From Amoebophrya sp. A120 (taxonomy: Eukaryota; Protista; Dinoflagellata): a stretch of DNA of 64,000 bases. Each line of letters opens with the position of its first letter. Position 1 is the first letter of the stretch. A program made the position numbers and the translations under genes. This document shows positions 1 to 11,144 of this stretch, in pieces. The DNA is taken from contig CAJINV010000030.1 of assembly GCA_905178155.1 (NCBI GenBank), positions 111,727-175,726 of the forward strand. The letters run 5' to 3'. A model generated the notes under the pieces. That model was not told the DNA's origin. It worked only from the letters and a program-made list of their open reading frames with translations, and made no database searches.

Positions 1-473
1 GCTCCAGAACTACATGGCTTGCCCCCGCCAGGGGTCACGCCAAAGGTATCGTGCTGGGCGCCGGGAAGGATGAGTCGCCGGGGGAAAGTAAGCTGATGAA
101 ATTTGTTGATAACGATAGTTGTATGCGAAAAAAATAGTAGTAGACAGAACCAGTAGTTAATTCATTTCCTTCGACACATTTATCACTGCTGCAAAACGTG
201 CTTCGTTTTTTGTGCATATAGATGAGAGACCTGCTTGCTGAGGTACTGCTTTTCAAAATGCTTTTATATTTTTTTTTACGACATATATAACAAAAAATGA
301 AAATGCCCGGCCGATCTGCCGGCAGCCGATCCGCATCGCGAACTCTTCATTCCGGCCTGCCGTTGAGCAGCTCGTGGTAAAAAACGAATTCGAATTCGCT
401 AAATAATTGTATAACCGAATTTTGTTCTTCTTTAGAATTAGCAAGTGTCGGTCTGGCTCCTCCTCCTCCACAG

Positions 474-3374
474 TTGTCAAACCAATTATCACCGAATTTC
501 CCAGCTGCATACCTCATTGCCAGGGAAACCCTGACCGTCACAGTCCACAATTCTCCTCCAAGAACCTCCGGGACGAGCATAGCGGAAGAGACTGGCACTT
601 CTACCGATTGGTGGAGCGGGTCAAGTTCGACCCAGGTTTCCTCCTTTTCCATCCAAGGTTTGAACCACAAGCAGGCCTTCAAGGAAATCAGTGCTAAATG
701 CTGTGGCGCGAATGGGTACAACACCGTCGCAGACTTCTGGTGCCTGCGTGGTTCGGACGCGTTCCTGATAGCCCGCCTACCGATCATGATGCGGATTTCT
801 GGGATGCTGAACCCGTGGCCGCGCCTTGGTAATGTAGGCAGCAGCGATTGGAGGAAAGGAGAATCCAGTGGCCTGGCAGCGTTGAGTATTCGTGAGCGGG
901 TAGTGGACAAGAACCTTGCGCCTCGAGTCGGCGATTTGCGACATGACAGCTCATCAGAACACGAGCCCGTCTTGCGAGAACTAGGACCACATCAGGATGT
1001 TGAGTACTACAGCATCGGCGCACGGGATCGGTACCTTCTGCCGAGTGCAACTGAGATCACAGCGAACTTCCGCAGGAGCGGATCTCGACCTTGTTCCATT
1101 GCAACGACAACTAGTAGTGCTGCAGCTTCACCAGCGACACCACCACAGTATGCTACAGCTTCTTCAACCCGTGAACACAAGTGGACTGCGGTCCTCAGTG
1201 ATCGTTACCGCCGCATCGTGGCCCGCTTGACGAGGCTGAAAGCGTGGAGTTCTTGGGGATTTTCATCGCCTGTTGCTCCTCCCAGCGAGAAAAGAACAGG
1301 GGATCATGACGCCGTGGACCCTCCACCACGAGGAACACCAGCGGAGATTCGGCACCAAGCCTTCCAACGCCTGCAAAGATTCGCAAAACTGCATCCGGCT
1401 GGCGCATTCCACAGCTTTATCGAGTTCTACGATGAATTGTACGAGCTGCTAGGTGTGGATCCAGATGATTTTTGTGCCGATGGGAATCGGAATCCCAACA
1501 ACAAGGACAAGCGCCATACGACGAGGGAGATGAATCAGAGTGACCCAGTACTCCGGATGGACTGTCGCCGAGACGCAATTCTTGATCCTATATTTTCGTC
1601 CCTTTTATACATTTTGTATGATAACTCAAGTCCACGGAAGCAGTATGTGACAAATTGGGTGACCGCCATCCAAACCGCGGTGTTTGTCGTTCAACCAAAA
1701 TTTGACTACTGCCGCTTCCCGCGCTCGGAATTCTGCTACCTGTGTCGCCGCCACCGCTCTGTGGTGACGGAACCGCTGCGCCGACGAGGAGACCACTTCG
1801 GGTCCCGGGTCCCGACGTGCCAGGACTGCGAAGCACGGCGGCAAGAGCTATTGGTGATAGCTGCACCAACTACGAGCGGTGCTGAGGGAAGCGCTGGCGC
1901 TTCTTCTAGTGCCAGCAGTAAATCTGGATCTGTCAATATTGCCGACGGGGACACCACCACTACATCTTCTTGGTTTGTCGGGAGCAATGAATTTCTCAGA
2001 AAGAATAAGAAACCCATGTCGAAGAGAAAGAAGAAGACCACGCAAAAAATTCTGACTGAAGACAGCGGTGCCGGTGGTGGAGCGCTCGACAATTCCTACT
2101 CTACTTCGACGCGGAAGCCAAAAGTAGCGCTTTGCCAGCAGGAGCGGGATAGTGCAGAAGTCCTCTGGGATGTGCGTGAGAGGCAGAAAAATTCTACGGC
2201 CAATAACGACTCCGACGCGCGCGGCATGGAGTTTGCGCCGGCTTCCGCGAATTGTACGTCTGAGTCCCAGCTTAGTGCTGTGGTGAAAATGGTGGCAGAG
2301 AATCCACCGTCTGTTCCAGCATGCGCTACTGAGAGCGAGCCGTCGCCGTGCGCTAGCGACATAGACGCGACCAGCCAGGGTTCCACAGCTGCACCAGAGA
2401 TCGTGGATTACAACGAGGTCTCGAAACACGTGCCGGTGGTCGATATGCCGTTTTTAACGGCGGACTTTTGTGTGCAGGTCCGAGTCGAACGTCAGTTGCG
2501 TGCCGAGATTCTAGATCTATTGAACTACACAGCTCCAGCGTACAACTCGGAACAGCGGAGCGAAGAGCAACCCGTTCCTCGAATATTAAACAGTGGCAGC
2601 GATTTCCAAGGCGAGTTATGCGCCGCAAAAAAAAAATCTTCAGAGGCCCCCCAAAGCCCGCCGTCACTGCGCTACTCAGAATTCAGCGATATGGAAGAGG
2701 ATCCTAGCACAGCGTTGTTCTGCCGCGACACGCTGTCCCGCTCGGACCGGCTGCTGATGTATGGGGAAGCATTTGAAACCGACACCGACTTTGCGGACGC
2801 CGTCGAGGCGTGGCCACTCACGAAGGCTAAAAAGGACCTCGTGCTCTGCCGGGAGGCCCTGTTCCGACTGCGGGATTTGCACAAAAAGGCGAGCGGCGGA
2901 CGCAAGGATGCTTCGTGGTGGACCGTGCTCCGGGAGAAGCTAGCAAATGTGCAATCGACCGAGGATCTTTGGCATTGCTTCGAGATAATCAACATGCCCG
3001 GTTCGGACGATGGGAACTACAGCCACGAAGTAGGAAGTGACGACGCTAAAGGGGCCGCGGACAGCAAGGCTCATCGGGATGAATGTGGTATAGTACTGTC
3101 GCCCTCCACCACATTATCGCGAATCTGTTCTCGAATCCAGCATGCAATAGCTGCGGCGCAGTCGCAGCCGTTCTTCTTGTGGCAAGATGCGACGCAGTCA
3201 TGGGCAAATGAGTTCTTCTACCACCACAGTACGGATACGATGAGGGAAAAACTCTTGCGGCAATTGCCCTCGCCGTGTGTATTCAGGTATTTGCAGTTCT
3301 TGTATCGAAGTTTTCTTTTGATGAGCATGATTTTGCCGACCCCCACTCTTTGCGCTGCTGCACTCGTGATATAG
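474..3374 (+). CDS. Hypothetical protein, intronless, with a CxxC...CxxC (possible zinc-binding) motif
   Basis: 966-codon open frame; FCYLC...CQDC. Start uncertain (track uses TTG; first ATG near 787). No recognisable family. Confidence 0.6.
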   Translation: MSNQLSPNFPAAYLIARETLTVTVHNSPPRTSGTSIAEETGTSTDWWSGSSSTQVSSFSIQGLNHKQAFKEISAKCCGANGYNTVADFWCLRGSDAFLIARLPIMMRISGMLNPWPRLGNVGSSDWRKGESSGLAALSIRERVVDKNLAPRVGDLRHDSSSEHEPVLRELGPHQDVEYYSIGARDRYLLPSATEITANFRRSGSRPCSIATTTSSAAASPATPPQYATASSTREHKWTAVLSDRYRRIVARLTRLKAWSSWGFSSPVAPPSEKRTGDHDAVDPPPRGTPAEIRHQAFQRLQRFAKLHPAGAFHSFIEFYDELYELLGVDPDDFCADGNRNPNNKDKRHTTREMNQSDPVLRMDCRRDAILDPIFSSLLYILYDNSSPRKQYVTNWVTAIQTAVFVVQPKFDYCRFPRSEFCYLCRRHRSVVTEPLRRRGDHFGSRVPTCQDCEARRQELLVIAAPTTSGAEGSAGASSSASSKSGSVNIADGDTTTTSSWFVGSNEFLRKNKKPMSKRKKKTTQKILTEDSGAGGGALDNSYSTSTRKPKVALCQQERDSAEVLWDVRERQKNSTANNDSDARGMEFAPASANCTSESQLSAVVKMVAENPPSVPACATESEPSPCASDIDATSQGSTAAPEIVDYNEVSKHVPVVDMPFLTADFCVQVRVERQLRAEILDLLNYTAPAYNSEQRSEEQPVPRILNSGSDFQGELCAAKKKSSEAPQSPPSLRYSEFSDMEEDPSTALFCRDTLSRSDRLLMYGEAFETDTDFADAVEAWPLTKAKKDLVLCREALFRLRDLHKKASGGRKDASWWTVLREKLANVQSTEDLWHCFEIINMPGSDDGNYSHEVGSDDAKGAADSKAHRDECGIVLSPSTTLSRICSRIQHAIAAAQSQPFFLWQDATQSWANEFFYHHSTDTMREKLLRQLPSPCVFRYLQFLYRSFLLMSMILPTPTLCAAALVI

Positions 3375-3540
3375 CCTCTGGTTTGTGATGTATGTATAGT
3401 GAGACAGATCACTTCAAGTTCAAATTGCGAGTTAGACTTAGTCGCCAAGGCGAAGTTTTGTTTATATTGAAGCTAAATGAGCCTGAACTACCAAATCGGT
3501 TTTATGTAGTCGCTATTTCTTACTTTTTCAGTCAAGGGAC

Positions 3541-5193
3541 ATGTCTTCCTTTTCACCGCAGAGTAGCCTAAAACAAACACAATTACATTTGCCTCGCAGG
3601 TCAGGTCCTTTGCAAAGTTGGTTTCCAACAATGTGGTGCAGCATTTGCGAGCGGACCTTCATCGCAACAGCCTGGAGCTTCCACAAGCGCGAAGACTGTC
3701 TGAATTCGCGTTTCTACCAGCTGTACAATTACGGCGGTTGGGGCGCTTTAAAACCAGCACTGGTGGAGGCGGGTGGGACGCTGGACGGCTACAAAATTCA
3801 CAAGGAACAAGACGATGTGGGCGAAGGGACTATCCATGTGACAGCAGACACGACGTTGCGGTCACACACGCACGACGAGGCCGCATATGAAAATATTACA
3901 TCGAGGTTGAGCGCAGTCGACGGGTCTTTGCCTCTCCTGCTTCCGTCTAATGTGCACTACGATGCGGCGCTCGACGCGGCCATCTCGAGGGTTTATGACG
4001 AACATTTTCGTGCCAAGAAGCGCGAAGTCGAGGACGTTGTTCTTGGAATGGAACAGGATCAGCAAACGACAGCAGATGATGCCCATCCAACCGCAGCTGA
4101 TGAATTTTCGAAGCCTGCTCCTGCTCCTCCTTGCACGCCTGGCGGATTTTTTCTCGACTTGGATTTCCCAGATACCCACAGTGCATCCTGGGAAAGGAAA
4201 GCCTGCCCGAGTGATGTACAACCGGCGCAGACTCCTCGTGCGGAGCTAAATGGGTCGACGCCTGAAGAAGAACGACAATGTTGGGGTGATCCAAACGAAA
4301 GAGAAGCCTGTTGGCCGTTCGGAACTGCGTTGCAAGACAGTGAAATATTAAAGCAAGCAGATCTTGTTCATCATCACAACATCGGCAAGAGAAAAAACGC
4401 CGCCAGCGATGCAGCTTTGCCTGATAAAAATAAACTCCTCCTCGTTCCACCGCACGAGGAAAATAATGTCTACCAAGGCTGCAATAACGTGTCCCTCGAA
4501 TCCACGCCCTTCCTGAGCTTCCGCGTCCGGACGAAAAAGCGGTTTCTCAAGGAACTGAAAATCTGTACGATCAATGCTCCCAACGACGCATTCGTTCTCG
4601 GCCAACCTCTAGACAATCTCAAGGAGGTCGCGAGCGAGGACGTCCCAAAGCTTTTCTCCGGCTGGAATCAAGCGGACGTAAAACTCGTAGATATCTCGGA
4701 CAAGTACCGTGGGGTTGATCTTCTCCGCTGCACAAATCCTGTGTTGGAGGAGCGACTTTTTGCCAGCGGGTCGTGGGCGCGAGCAGGAGCTGCACCAGGA
4801 GCCAGCTGTGACGAAACTACGCCGCGGCCATCGAAAAAACCCGACTGGGACGCGTGTCGCGAAAGCGTGTGGCAGCGAAAGGAGCTTGACTATGACGTGT
4901 GGCAATCTCTGATCCTACCGGTGAAGAGCAGCAACTTTGAGGAGGTGCGTTTCTTCCTTATCGCAGTGCTAGATGAAGAATTGCAGGGTAGGTCCCGGCA
5001 CGGTGTTGGAGGGGAGCCTTCTGTGCAGCAAGCCACGAATGTTGAGAACCACGGCGGCGCCTCATCTCCACCCCTGATCGCAACTGTCACGCAATTCTGC
5101 CCGCTATCCAGAGCTTGCTTGTTCACCTTCACAGGGGGCCGCCACCGCCACATCGAACATAAAAGTGAAGTGCCGTTTTGTGCTGTGCCGTAG
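3541..5193 (+). CDS. Hypothetical protein, intronless, N-terminal C2HC-like motif
   Basis: 550-aa ATG-started ORF; WCSICERTF...FHKREDC resembles a zinc finger. Confidence 0.55.
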   Translation: MSSFSPQSSLKQTQLHLPRRSGPLQSWFPTMWCSICERTFIATAWSFHKREDCLNSRFYQLYNYGGWGALKPALVEAGGTLDGYKIHKEQDDVGEGTIHVTADTTLRSHTHDEAAYENITSRLSAVDGSLPLLLPSNVHYDAALDAAISRVYDEHFRAKKREVEDVVLGMEQDQQTTADDAHPTAADEFSKPAPAPPCTPGGFFLDLDFPDTHSASWERKACPSDVQPAQTPRAELNGSTPEEERQCWGDPNEREACWPFGTALQDSEILKQADLVHHHNIGKRKNAASDAALPDKNKLLLVPPHEENNVYQGCNNVSLESTPFLSFRVRTKKRFLKELKICTINAPNDAFVLGQPLDNLKEVASEDVPKLFSGWNQADVKLVDISDKYRGVDLLRCTNPVLEERLFASGSWARAGAAPGASCDETTPRPSKKPDWDACRESVWQRKELDYDVWQSLILPVKSSNFEEVRFFLIAVLDEELQGRSRHGVGGEPSVQQATNVENHGGASSPPLIATVTQFCPLSRACLFTFTGGRHRHIEHKSEVPFCAVP

Positions 5194-5297
5194 GACTTTT
5201 GCTAGAAGTCGTCCTGTAGAAGATGAAGAGTTAGAGTTTAGCTTTAGTGATCCACCAGCCACGACGGACCAGCAGTGGACAGGGCGGGAACGCGGCG

Positions 5298-6165
5298 AGT
5301 GGGGACACGGCCAGGTGGGGACACGGCCAGGTGGGGACACGGCCAGGTGGGGACACGGCCAGGTGGGGACACGGCCAAGTGGGGACACGGCCAAGTGGGG
5401 ACACGGCCAAGTGGGGACACGACGGCGGGTGGGGACACGACGGCGGGTGGGGACACGACGGCGGGTGGGGACACGACGGCCGGCCAAGTGGGGACACGAC
5501 GGTCGGCCAAGTGGGGACACGACGGCCGGCCAGGTGGGGACACGACGGCCGGCCAAGTGGGGACACGACGGCCAGCCAAGTGGGGACACGACGGCCGGCC
5601 GAGTGGGGACACGACGGCCGGCCAGGTGGGGACACGGCGGCCGGCCAAGTGGGGACACGACGGTCGGCCAAGTGGGGACACGACGCACGGCCGGCCAAGT
5701 GGGGACACGACGGACGGCCGGCCAAGTGGGGACACGACGGCCGGCCAAGTGGGGACACGACGGCCGGCCAAGTGGGGACACGACGGCCGGCCAAATGGGG
5801 ACACGATGGCCGGCCAAGTGGGGACACGACGGCCGGCCAAGTGGGGACACGACGGCCGGCCAAATGGGGACACGATGGCCGGCCAAGTGGGGACACGACG
5901 GCCGGCCAAGTGGGGACACGACGGCCAGCCAAGTGGGGACACGACGGCCGGCCAGGTGGGGACACGACGGCCGGCCAGGTGGGGACACGACGGCTGGCCA
6001 AGTGGGGACACGGCGGCCGGCCAAGTGGGGACACGACGGCCGGCCAAGTGGGGACACGACGGTCGGCCAAGTGGGGACACGACGGCCGAGTGGGGACACG
6101 GAGGTGGGGTCACGGAGGTGGGGACACGGAGGTGGGGTCACGGAGGTGGGGACACGGAGGTGGGG
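5298..6165. repeat. GC-rich minisatellite with GTGGGGACAC core (14-27 bp units)
   Basis: Units grade from ggtggggacacggcca (16 bp) to gtggggacacgacggccggccaa (23 bp) to ggaggtggggacac (14 bp). Confidence 0.97.
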
Positions 6166-6670
6166 GCGCGAAGGCTGGTCCGAACGGAGCTGCAGAGGCA
6201 GATTTGGCCCCGGCGCCTCCGCATCTGCCGGTCAGACTTGCAGCTGCAATGGCGGGCTGGTCCGGTCTATATGCCCAGTATTTTATACTAATTTAAAAAT
6301 GTTCCCTTTACATGAACTTTCTGGGAAATCCAAATGCTGAGATACGACACTCCCTGCTCGATTTTTTTACCGCTGTGGAAGTTGCATTATTTTCAATGTT
6401 CCTCGTAAGAATTGCATTTGCAGCAACCGCAGAAGCGGACAGCACTTCGGAAAAACATTCATTTGCGCATGGCTTCCTGGTGGTTGAGCATCTCTTGGAT
6501 AGCTCCGTCGCGAGTTTCGGACATACGGGCGTCCAGGACACGTCTGCACGGTCTATTTCGATCTAGACGAAAGTTTCGAGTACCGGCGTCAGGCCAACAA
6601 CGACACGCTGGAACAAGCTTGCGAAGCACAGCTGCAGCAAGCTCGAAAGCTGCGTGGCAAGGTCAGTCCC

Positions 6671-8479
6671 GTGCAGGTCTACGCGGAAGGAACACTGTTG
6701 ACCAGCATGATTTACGTGCCGCTGTGCGCTGTCAGCTCCACGGCGTTGTTGCGGGAGGTGCACAGAGAGACGGCGTGCTCTAGTACCTCTACTTCGACGC
6801 GAAAGAACCAGGATACTATTCTCGCCACGGGCGTTGAAGATGGAAAAAAAGAGCGCAGTCTAGTACTTCGCAGCCCGAAAGGACGAAGTCGTCAGACCAG
6901 TGGCAACTTTTACACGGAGGCTCTCACAGCCGCGTGGCAAGCTCATCGCGACGACGGAACTCGGTACGAAAATTACGTTTGCTCCACGGTTGGAGGAGCT
7001 CGGGCAGACCGCTGGTCGGTGGCTCCTGGTGTCGTGTCCAGCAGTGAGGAGGAAGTGCGTTCGGCATTTGATGCTGGTTGGCAACATCATCTTCCCGACG
7101 GCTGCACGACGGATGTTGACTATTGGGAACAAGATTGGCGGGCTTTTTTTCCCGGAGATGTCATCGTCAACTCCGTCGGTTGGCTGCGCAGCGCGTCTGG
7201 CCACGAGGTGGAGGTCCAAAGGAGTGAAGACGCCTACATTTTTCAGGATGAAAGTGACCCCGAAGACCCGATGTACGAGCAAAAATCGCTAAGAAATGTC
7301 GATGAGTCAATTTCAACAGTGGGTAAGAGGAAAACCACGCGTGACCAAGACCACGAGTGCCCGACGCCAACATCCGAAGATGATAAGGATCTCAAGCAGA
7401 GAACCTATCGTGCGGCAAAGGAGACCCGATACCCTATCCACATCTTCCTGCATGGGGACGTAGCGCGCTCGGCGGACACGCAGCAGCTTCCGGGCGTCTG
7501 CCAGGGTATGCTTCCCTACCCCGAGATCAGCTGGGGACACCCGATCAAATATTTGGAGCGAGGGCTCGCAAGACAGTGGGAGAAGCAAAGGACGCATCAT
7601 CGCCGAGTTTTTGTAGAGGGAAAAGAAAAAGATGAATTCGGCAATTACAACGACCCTGAGAGGAGCTCTATAGAAGAGCAAGACCGGTGTACCAAAATGC
7701 TCGCGCACTCGGTTCTAATCATGCCGTTTTGTACTGACGACTGCTTTTGGTTCCGCGGTCCGCCCAATCGCTCTGACGCAAAACTGTTCAACCGTGGCGT
7801 CGTTGCGGTGATGGCCAAGCTCCGTCGCATCGCGATCGACCTGCTGCAGGGAGATGCGCGGCGGCTGTACCTGACGGGAGCGTCGATGGGTGGATACGGA
7901 GTGCTTGAGCTTGCGGCCTTGTGGGGACCCGAGGTTGTGGCCGCCGTGGTGGCGCTTTCCCCGTGCCGCGAGCTACGCACTAACCCAGCGCAGAGTGGGT
8001 GGTTCGCGGAGCGGCTGGCGGACATTCCGCTCTGGATTTTCCACAGCCGGGAGGACAAGTGCTGCAAATTCGTGGATACCCTCTCCCTTGTACACGAGCT
8101 TCTGTCTAAGAGGGCGGACAAATTAGACGAGATGTTGCACAGAATCGAGGGACAAGCAACCGCCACCGAAGCTGCACCAGCACCGCTTCGGTTCACTACC
8201 TGCGGACTTCCGAATGTTGCTCGCTGTTTCACGAAACACAGCCGGCTGACCGAAGTCATGGATAACTCCGAGGACGTTTATTTGTGGATGTACCAGTTTC
8301 TTCTCCGAGGAAGCGGCAACAACGATCAATCGGGTGAAGGTCGCTGGTCGTGCTTGGACGTCAGTAGAGACTACCCCGTTGCGCCGCAAGGTGGACAAAT
8401 GAATTTGCCATACCCGAAGAGTGCCTTTCTCGCCTTCCACCAAACTGCGGCATGGCGGGACCCGGAGCAGGCAAGGTGA
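6671..8479 (+). CDS. Alpha/beta-hydrolase fold protein (predicted peptidase/esterase type)
   Basis: IFLHG, nucleophile elbow RLYLTGASMGGYG (GxSxG), PLWIFHSRED (catalytic Asp region), late His (FTKHS). N-terminus uncertain. Confidence 0.8.
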   Translation: MQVYAEGTLLTSMIYVPLCAVSSTALLREVHRETACSSTSTSTRKNQDTILATGVEDGKKERSLVLRSPKGRSRQTSGNFYTEALTAAWQAHRDDGTRYENYVCSTVGGARADRWSVAPGVVSSSEEEVRSAFDAGWQHHLPDGCTTDVDYWEQDWRAFFPGDVIVNSVGWLRSASGHEVEVQRSEDAYIFQDESDPEDPMYEQKSLRNVDESISTVGKRKTTRDQDHECPTPTSEDDKDLKQRTYRAAKETRYPIHIFLHGDVARSADTQQLPGVCQGMLPYPEISWGHPIKYLERGLARQWEKQRTHHRRVFVEGKEKDEFGNYNDPERSSIEEQDRCTKMLAHSVLIMPFCTDDCFWFRGPPNRSDAKLFNRGVVAVMAKLRRIAIDLLQGDARRLYLTGASMGGYGVLELAALWGPEVVAAVVALSPCRELRTNPAQSGWFAERLADIPLWIFHSREDKCCKFVDTLSLVHELLSKRADKLDEMLHRIEGQATATEAAPAPLRFTTCGLPNVARCFTKHSRLTEVMDNSEDVYLWMYQFLLRGSGNNDQSGEGRWSCLDVSRDYPVAPQGGQMNLPYPKSAFLAFHQTAAWRDPEQAR

Positions 8480-9236
8480 TAATTTGGCATAACAGGGTCC
8501 TCGTCGCGCTCGGTGCACTTCGTACATGTAGCTCAATCTTTTGCTCAAAGTCAAAACGAGATAGAAAATGAAGTTTTTCCATAAATAGTTTTCTCTCCGG
8601 TGACCACGGTGTTTCTGTTCATTATTAGCAACGCGAAATTGGCATGGCTGTTTTCTTGGAATAGAAGTAAAACAAATCCATGAGGCAGGACTCCCACAAA
8701 TTTTCCAAATCCATGACGCAGGATTCCCACAATTTTTGCGCGATGAAAAAATTGAGATCCAAAAATGAAATTATCGTTTGCTATGCCGGTGTTGCGGTGA
8801 ACAAAAACAAAAGCACTAGTGCCGACGGTAAAAGAGGTTTGGAGTTGGACAGGCAGGATCCCCGCTAAATCAAAGTGTATTTTGGTAGATGTCTGAATCT
8901 GGATCGGCGACTTGTGATCCAAACATATGAAAGGCGATTTTATTTTTTGTGTTTGATTGTAGTTTCTGTTTCCACGATCATAATCTAAAAATTTCCCGCG
9001 AGTCAATCCTCTCCTGCAAAAAGCGGTGTTCAGGTCGAACTTACATCACAAGTATCAGGAATCTCCACCTCTAGAAATCCATCTGGACCACATCTACAAC
9101 TAGACAGAAGATTTTCCAACTTTAGTTAATCTGTGACTTACACCACTAGGAAAAGGAAATAAAGCCGGTTTATTTCTCACATTTCTACATTTCCTCTTCT
9201 TTCCTCCGCAACAGAAAAACCACAACCCCATCGAAA

Positions 9237-9704
9237 ATGCCGTCGGTGACCTGCGACGAAAACGTGCTGTGCGTGAAGAAGCTGAGTGGGAACGCGACGG
9301 TGCCCACCAAGGGTTCGAAGGACAGCGCCGGGTACGACCTGTCTGCCGCCCACGAGACGGAGATTCCGGCCCAGGGGAAGGGCTTGGTGAAAACCGACTT
9401 GGCGATCAAGATGCCGGCGGGCGTGTACGGCCGCGTGGCACCCCGCAGTGGCCTGGCCCACAAGAAGCACATCGACGTCGGCGCCGGCGTGATTGACGCC
9501 GACTACCGCGGCAACGTGGGGGTCGTGCTCTTCAACCACGCCCAGGAGCCCCTGAAGGTCGAGAAGGGGGACCGCGTCGCGCAGTTGATCCTGGAGAAGT
9601 ACCTCACGGTCGACGGCGTGCGCGAGTGCGAGGACCTGGACGAGACGGACCGCGGTGCGGGCGGCTTCGGCTCCACCGGCGTCTCCGCGGCCCCGCCGTC
9701 CTAA
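9237..9704 (+). CDS. dut: Trimeric dUTPase
   Basis: Motifs [39 protein letters not shown]; intronless, strong GC3 bias. Confidence 0.98.
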   Translation: MPSVTCDENVLCVKKLSGNATVPTKGSKDSAGYDLSAAHETEIPAQGKGLVKTDLAIKMPAGVYGRVAPRSGLAHKKHIDVGAGVIDADYRGNVGVVLFNHAQEPLKVEKGDRVAQLILEKYLTVDGVRECEDLDETDRGAGGFGSTGVSAAPPS

Positions 9705-11144
9705 GCTGGTTTTCAGTGATACACTCGCTGGAAAAGATAAACGCAGGATGTAGTTGACATCTTGTGCACAAAATGTCAGCGCACCACGGTGGTTTTCGAT
9801 CTTCGGAAAGTTGTCGTGACAACCGACCTACTGTCAGCAAAAATGAAAATCACACGGAATCTTACGAAGAAGCAGTCAGAGAGCAGGATACAAACGGACT
9901 TGGACCTTCACACTTACGCAACGAACACGGGGGTACTTACTTTTTGTTTTCCGTTCACGCCAATTTTTTTGTGAATCTTGCATGCGTATGAGCTTAGACA
10001 AGATGCGTTGGTTACGTCGCCTCCACTAGAAATTGCTAACGCTGAAGTTTTCATATCGATTTTCCACAACGGTGTGCATTGCATTGGGAATCCCAGATGA
10101 ATATGGCGTCTGAGATAAAAGACAAAGAAAAAATTATCCACAGGTATTTTACCTTCACTATGTATTCCAAGAATCTCCTGGAATCGTTCCTGCACCTACG
10201 CGAAGAAGACTACCACTTTCCAGATTCGTCGACCAGAATCTTCGCGAGGACCAGATGATGATCTTTCAAGTGCAACTCTCTCTTCAAACTACGTTTTAGA
10301 AATGCCCTGCTCACAATTCTTCTCTCCGGCGACGCCACGAGCGATCTCTTCGAAAATTCAACTTCTGAAGAAAAGACAGTGTTGTTTGCGACAGCACGGA
10401 ATAACACCGGAGAAGGATTGCTGTAGAAAAGACCTTACGATGTTGACGATGATCTTGCTGTACCAGCGGAGAATCGAATAAAACAACACTTTGATACAAA
10501 CGGCATGCTCTGCACGCATCTGATAACGTCAATCATGATAAAAAAAATTGGAGCTGGAATGCTACCGAGATCAAAAGGCTTGTAGTTCAAGACTCTTTAC
10601 TCGGATTGTTCCTGGCGCTAATCAAACGTCTCCAGTAAATCCAACTACTGGTTTGAATTGCAATTTCTACAAGAACTCGATGACGAAAATAAAATTTGAA
10701 TTTTCGAAAACGGAAAAGCCAGCCGAGAGACAGAACCACAGAGTGCAAAGCAATTTGTGTTTCTAGAGAGAGTCCTCGTGAGCGTTTACCAAATTTTATC
10801 AACCGATTTTGCTTTCATCTCCGCAAGAGTGTAACTTTGCGACTGCATCCTGAATCATTCAAAATGCTATTTCCATCCCGTAGAAAAAAAAATTATGCAA
10901 GAGAGAAGGAGTAGAGTCGTCCTTGCGTGTAGTGTGAGTGGAGGAAAGACCACGATAAGTACTTACTATTAGTAGGGGTAGACATCAAGAGAGAAGTTGT
11001 ACAAACAAGCAAAATCAAAAAGAAGAGTTCATACAGTAAAGTTTTAGACCTAATTGTGGATCGGACGAAAGTTTTGAGTCTTGTTGTCGCCATCAATTTG
11101 TTTGGCATGTAGCATTTTTCCGGTTCGTTGCAGCAAAAGCAAAG

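Noticed and set aside
5298-6165. CRISPR-like array (also considered for 60505-62340)
   Set aside because: Spacers are short and repetitive rather than unique, no cas genes, eukaryotic context.
5104-6340. Six overlapping 279-391 aa ORFs
   Set aside because: They arise from a stop-free minisatellite open in all frames; unit lengths are mostly not multiples of 3.
9100-9236. Relict dinoflagellate spliced leader upstream of the intronless dUTPase
   Set aside because: No match to CCGTAGCCATTTTGGCTCAAG seen by eye.
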